Shown here piece by piece: positions 58,683 through 64,000 of a stretch of DNA of 64,000 bases. Every line of letters begins with the position of its first letter. Position 1 is the first letter of the stretch. A program made the position numbers and the translations under genes. This DNA comes from Pantoea sp. Brub (lineage in GTDB: Bacteria; Pseudomonadota; Gammaproteobacteria; Enterobacterales; Enterobacteriaceae), in assembly GCA_016642085.1 (NCBI GenBank), contig VOQV01000003.1, forward strand, positions 15,347 to 79,346, in the 5' to 3' direction. Below the pieces are notes generated by a model. That model saw nothing but the letters and a program-made list of their open reading frames with translations. It searched no databases and was not told where the DNA came from.

Positions 58683-60236
58683 ATGCGACTGAATTCAATT
58701 GAAGTCAGCGAACTAATAGAACAACGTATTTCTCAATTTAATACTGAAATTACACATCATACAGAAGGTACAATTGTATCTGTAGGTGATGGTATAATTA
58801 ATGTTTATGGCATAAATCATATAATGCAAGGAGAAATGATTTCTTTACCAAATGGTAATTATGCTATGGCATTAAATCTTGAACGCGACTCTGTAGGTGC
58901 AATTGTTATGGGTTCATATACCAACTTATCAGAGGGCATGAAAGTTAGATGTACTGGTAAAGTATTTGAAGTACCAGTTGGCAGAAATTTGTTAGGTAGA
59001 GTTGTTGATACTTTAGGTATACCAATAGATGGTAAAGGTTCTATTTCTAATGATGGTTTTTCTCCAGTAGAAGTAATCGCACCTGGTGTTATAGATAGGC
59101 AATCAGTTAATCAACCCATACAAACTGGTTATAAATCAATTGATTCTATGATTCCAATTGGTCGAGGTCAAAGAGAATTAATTATTGGAGATCGTCAAAC
59201 CGGTAAGACATCTTTAGCTATAGATACTATTATAAATCAAAAAAATTCAGGAATTAAATGTGTATATGTCGCAATTGGTCAAAAAACATCAACAATTTTT
59301 AATATTGTACGCAAATTAGAAGAATATGGTGCATTACAAAACACTATAATTGTAGCTGCTTCTGCATCTGAACCTGCAACATTACAATATTTAGCACCTT
59401 ATTCTGGTTGTACAATGGCTGAATATTTTCGTAATCGCGGAGAAGATGCACTAATAGTTTATGATGATTTATCTAAACAAGCTATTGCATATCGTCAAAT
59501 TTCATTATTGTTACGTCGTCCTCCAGGCCGAGAAGCATTTCCTGGAGACATTTTTTATCTACATGCTAGATTATTAGAACGTGCGTCACGTGTAAGTATA
59601 GAATACGTTGAAAAGTTCACTAATGGTAAAGTAAAAGGACAAACAGGATCGTTAACTGCCTTACCTATAATTGAAACACAAGCTGGAGATGTTTCTTCTT
59701 TTGTTCCAACAAATGTAATTTCTATTACTGATGGACAAATTTTTTTAGAATCTAATTTATTTCATTTTGGTATTCGTCCTGCAGTTAATCCAGGAATTTC
59801 AGTATCTCGAGTAGGTAGTTCTGCACAAACACAAATTATCAAACAATTATCATCAGGTATTAGAACAACATTAGCTCAATATCGTGAACTTGCAGCTTTT
59901 TCACAATTTTCTTCTGATCTTGATGATGTCACTCGTAAGCAATTAAATCGTGGGAAAAAGGTTACTGAAATACTCAAACAGAAACAATATTTACCCATGT
60001 CAGTTGCTCATCAAAGTGTGGTTTTATTTGCAGTTAATTATGGATATATAGATAATATTGTAATAGATGAAATAATTAATTTTGAAAGTGCATTATTATC
60101 TTTTGCTGATATGAAATATATTGAATTAATTACAGAAATTAATCAATCAGGTAATTATAATAAAAACATTCAAACAAAATTAAAATGTTTACTTGATGAA
60201 TTTAAAAAAAATGATCCTGGAAATTTTTATAAATAA
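58683..60236 (+). CDS. atpA: ATP synthase F1 subunit alpha
   Basis: 517-aa ORF with Walker [10 protein letters not shown]. It is highly conserved. Confidence 0.97.
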   Translation: MRLNSIEVSELIEQRISQFNTEITHHTEGTIVSVGDGIINVYGINHIMQGEMISLPNGNYAMALNLERDSVGAIVMGSYTNLSEGMKVRCTGKVFEVPVGRNLLGRVVDTLGIPIDGKGSISNDGFSPVEVIAPGVIDRQSVNQPIQTGYKSIDSMIPIGRGQRELIIGDRQTGKTSLAIDTIINQKNSGIKCVYVAIGQKTSTIFNIVRKLEEYGALQNTIIVAASASEPATLQYLAPYSGCTMAEYFRNRGEDALIVYDDLSKQAIAYRQISLLLRRPPGREAFPGDIFYLHARLLERASRVSIEYVEKFTNGKVKGQTGSLTALPIIETQAGDVSSFVPTNVISITDGQIFLESNLFHFGIRPAVNPGISVSRVGSSAQTQIIKQLSSGIRTTLAQYRELAAFSQFSSDLDDVTRKQLNRGKKVTEILKQKQYLPMSVAHQSVVLFAVNYGYIDNIVIDEIINFESALLSFADMKYIELITEINQSGNYNKNIQTKLKCLLDEFKKNDPGNFYK

Positions 60237-60268
60237 ATTACTAAAATTATTTGAAGGAAAGAAAGCAA

Positions 60269-61135
60269 ATGGTTGGAGTAAAAGAAATACGCAATAAAAT
60301 TGACAGTATTAAAAATACTCAAAAAATAACCAAAGTAATGGAAATGGTTGCTGCTTCTAAAATGCGTAAAATACAGGAACGCATATCATCTAATTATCCA
60401 TATAACAATATCATACATCAAGTGATTAACAATCTTATAATAGGTAATTTAGAGTATAAACATAGTTATTTACAAAAACGTAAAATTAACAGAGTTGGTT
60501 ATATATTAATATCTAGTGATCGTGGTCTTTGTGGTAGCTTAAATTCCAATTTATTTAAAAAACTATTAACGGATATAAAATCTTTTATGGATAAAGGAAT
60601 ATACAGCGATTTATCTGTAATAGGGAATAAAGGAATAGCATTTTTAAATACTATGAAAATTAAAGTTATTTCAAAAATTTGTAATATAGAAGATAATTTT
60701 TGTTTATCTAAATCATTTCAACTTATGCAAGTTATGTTACAAGCTTATGATGACAATCATATCGATAAATTATATATTGCTAGTAATAAATTCCATAGCG
60801 CAATATCTCACATTCCACAAATATTTCAATTATTACCATTAGTATCAATAAAAACTACTAAAAATCTAAAAAAAAATCATTGGGATTATATATATGAACC
60901 AGATTCAAAAATATTGTTAGATGCTTTATTACGTCGTTATGTTAAATCACAATTTTACCAATATATATTAGAAAATTTAGTCAGCGAACAGGCTGCACGT
61001 ATGATAGCTATGAAATCTGCTACCGATAATGGTGGTAACTTAATTAATGATTTAAATTTATTATACAATAAATTTCGTCAATCTAGTATTACTCAGGAAA
61101 TTATAGAAATTGTTTCAGGTGCCTCAGCAATCTAG
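60269..61135 (+). CDS. atpG: ATP synthase F1 subunit gamma
   Basis: The ORF track starts at TTG 60251. The ATG at 60269 ([34 protein letters not shown]) matches E. coli AtpG ([34 protein letters not shown]) and follows GAAGGAAAG. Confidence 0.93.
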   Translation: [288 protein letters not shown]

Positions 61136-61153
61136 TTAGATAAAATAGTGTGA

Positions 61154-62575
<1,422 letters not shown>

Positions 62576-62595
62576 AATATCAGTGATTGCTAATT

Positions 62596-63021
62596 ATGAT
62601 TAAAACTTATCAGTTAGATATAGTAAGTATAGAAAAACAATTATACTCTGATTTAGTACAACAAATTAGAATATCTGGCAGTGAAGGTGAATTAGGTATT
62701 TTAGCGGGTCATTCACCATTATTAACGACTATAAATCCTGGAGTAATTTATATTACTAAAAATGAATTAATAAAAGAATTTATTTATATTTCTGGAGGCA
62801 TATTAGAAGTTCAACCTAACAATGTTGTTATTTTAGCTGATGTTGCTATAAGAGGTAAAGATTTAGATCAAAATCGTGCATTAAAATCAAAAATTGAAGC
62901 AGAAAAAAATATAAATAATCAGCATAACAATTTTAATAATGCCATTCCATATTTTGAATTATCTAAAGCCATTGCAAAATTACGTGCAATTGAATTAACA
63001 AAAAATCATTCATTAAATTGA
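62596..63021 (+). CDS. atpC: ATP synthase F1 subunit epsilon
   Basis: The ORF track starts at TTG 62587. The ATG at 62596 ([18 protein letters not shown]) matches E. coli AtpC (MAMTYHLDVVSAEQQMFS). Confidence 0.92.
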   Translation: MIKTYQLDIVSIEKQLYSDLVQQIRISGSEGELGILAGHSPLLTTINPGVIYITKNELIKEFIYISGGILEVQPNNVVILADVAIRGKDLDQNRALKSKIEAEKNINNQHNNFNNAIPYFELSKAIAKLRAIELTKNHSLN

Positions 63022-63094
63022 ATTTTACTAAGTATGTTTCTTGAAACAACGAATATGATTATATTTGGAGTAATTTTAATACAATTTTTTATTT

Positions 63095-64000
63095 ATGTTA
63101 AATAATAACGCAATAATCCTTGCTGCTGGTAAAGGAAAACGAATGGGTTCTAATTATCCAAAAGTTTTACATAATCTAGCAGGAAAACCTATGGTACAGT
63201 ATGTTATTGATGCTGCTAATGATTTTAATATACATAATATTTATTTAGTATATGGTTATGGAGAAACTTTATTAAGAAATAAAATAACTGGATATCAGTT
63301 ACATTGGATCTTACAACAAGAACAACTTGGGACTGCTCATGCAATTCAGCAAGTTATACCTTATTTAAAAGATGATGAAGATGTTTTTATATTATATGGT
63401 GATGTTCCATTAATTTCTAAAAATACATTGCAACGTTTATATAATGCAAAACCTAGTAATGGTATTGGATTATTAACAATGATTATAGATAACCCTAAAG
63501 GTTATGGTCGAGTGATTAGAAAAAATGGTATGATAACTGAAATTATTGAAGAGCAAGATGCTAGTCTAGATCAATTGAAAATTAATGAAGTCAATACCGG
63601 AATTTTAATTATTAATAGTAGTAATCTTAAAAATTGGTTAAAAAAAATTAATAATAATAATCATCAAAAAGAATACTATATTACGGATATAATTAAGATA
63701 GCTTATCAGAATAATTGTATTATCAATGCAATACACCCAGATCATGTATATGAAACTACAGGTGTAAACGATTGTTTACAACTATCAAAATTAGAGCGTA
63801 TATATCAAACTAAACAAGCAGAAGCATTATTACTTAAAGGAGTTATGTTACGTGATCCATCTCGCTTTGATCTTCGAGGTACATTAATACATGGTCATGA
63901 TATTGAAATTGATACTAACGTTAATATAGAAGGATTAGTTATATTAGGAAATAATGTAAAAATTGGTTCTGGATGTATAATTAAAAATAGCACAATAGAT
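63095..64000 (+). CDS. glmU: bifunctional GlcNAc-1-P uridyltransferase / GlcN-1-P acetyltransferase (5' part, runs off the right edge)
   Basis: Not in the ORF track because there is no stop in the window. The ATG at 63095 opens [41 protein letters not shown], matching E. coli GlmU. The frame stays open for 302 codons to 64000, ending in hexapeptide-repeat sequence [14 protein letters not shown]. It follows atpC as in E. coli. Confidence 0.93.
   Translation, partial: MLNNNAIILAAGKGKRMGSNYPKVLHNLAGKPMVQYVIDAANDFNIHNIYLVYGYGETLLRNKITGYQLHWILQQEQLGTAHAIQQVIPYLKDDEDVFILYGDVPLISKNTLQRLYNAKPSNGIGLLTMIIDNPKGYGRVIRKNGMITEIIEEQDASLDQLKINEVNTGILIINSSNLKNWLKKINNNNHQKEYYITDIIKIAYQNNCIINAIHPDHVYETTGVNDCLQLSKLERIYQTKQAEALLLKGVMLRDPSRFDLRGTLIHGHDIEIDTNVNIEGLVILGNNVKIGSGCIIKNSTID

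Overview
This window is extremely AT-rich (roughly a fifth to a quarter G+C by eye, not computed), gene-dense and made up only of housekeeping genes. That is the signature of a reduced-genome gammaproteobacterial (Enterobacterales-derived) insect endosymbiont. The mix of intact biotin, lipoate and NAD cofactor genes with TCA-cycle, cell-envelope and ATP-synthase genes resembles Wigglesworthia-type symbionts. That organism assignment is an inference I cannot verify here.

I support about 55 protein genes:
- bioDCFB/bioA, gpmA, nadA
- sucDCBA, sdhBADC, gltA, pgm, fldA, glnS
- miaB, ybeY, lnt, leuS, lptE, holA, nadD, mrdA, rodA, lipA, lipB, cspE
- sdaC, orn, psd, mscM, mdh, mreDCB, aroQ, accBC, mnmG
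- atpBEFHAGDC and a partial glmU

I also support four tRNA genes: a Met-Leu-Gln cluster and a tRNA-Gly.

From 1 to about 38.4 kb the gene order follows E. coli K-12 (bio region down to cspE) with many genes deleted. The rest is a mosaic of further E. coli-like blocks. The long, almost pure A+T spacers sit at block junctions and deletion sites.

I see no rRNA, CRISPR array, IS or phage element, and no accessory or defence-type island.

The most interesting signals:
1. Three conserved genes (nadA, ybeY, holA) have reading frames broken exactly inside long poly(A) tracts (A11, A9, A11), yet both halves stay open and conserved. This fits expression through transcriptional slippage, a sequencing error, or very recent inactivation.
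2. sucB carries a perfect 33-bp x4 in-frame tandem repeat in its linker.
3. lptE carries an insertion of about 105 aa rich in Asn, Tyr, His and Cys.
4. The 1-kb gene-free spacer upstream of mnmG is where oriC would be expected, but it lacks clear DnaA boxes.
5. Long, almost all-A/T hairpins sit at operon ends, against a single classical GC-rich terminator after cspE.

I did not find a convincing new multi-gene system.
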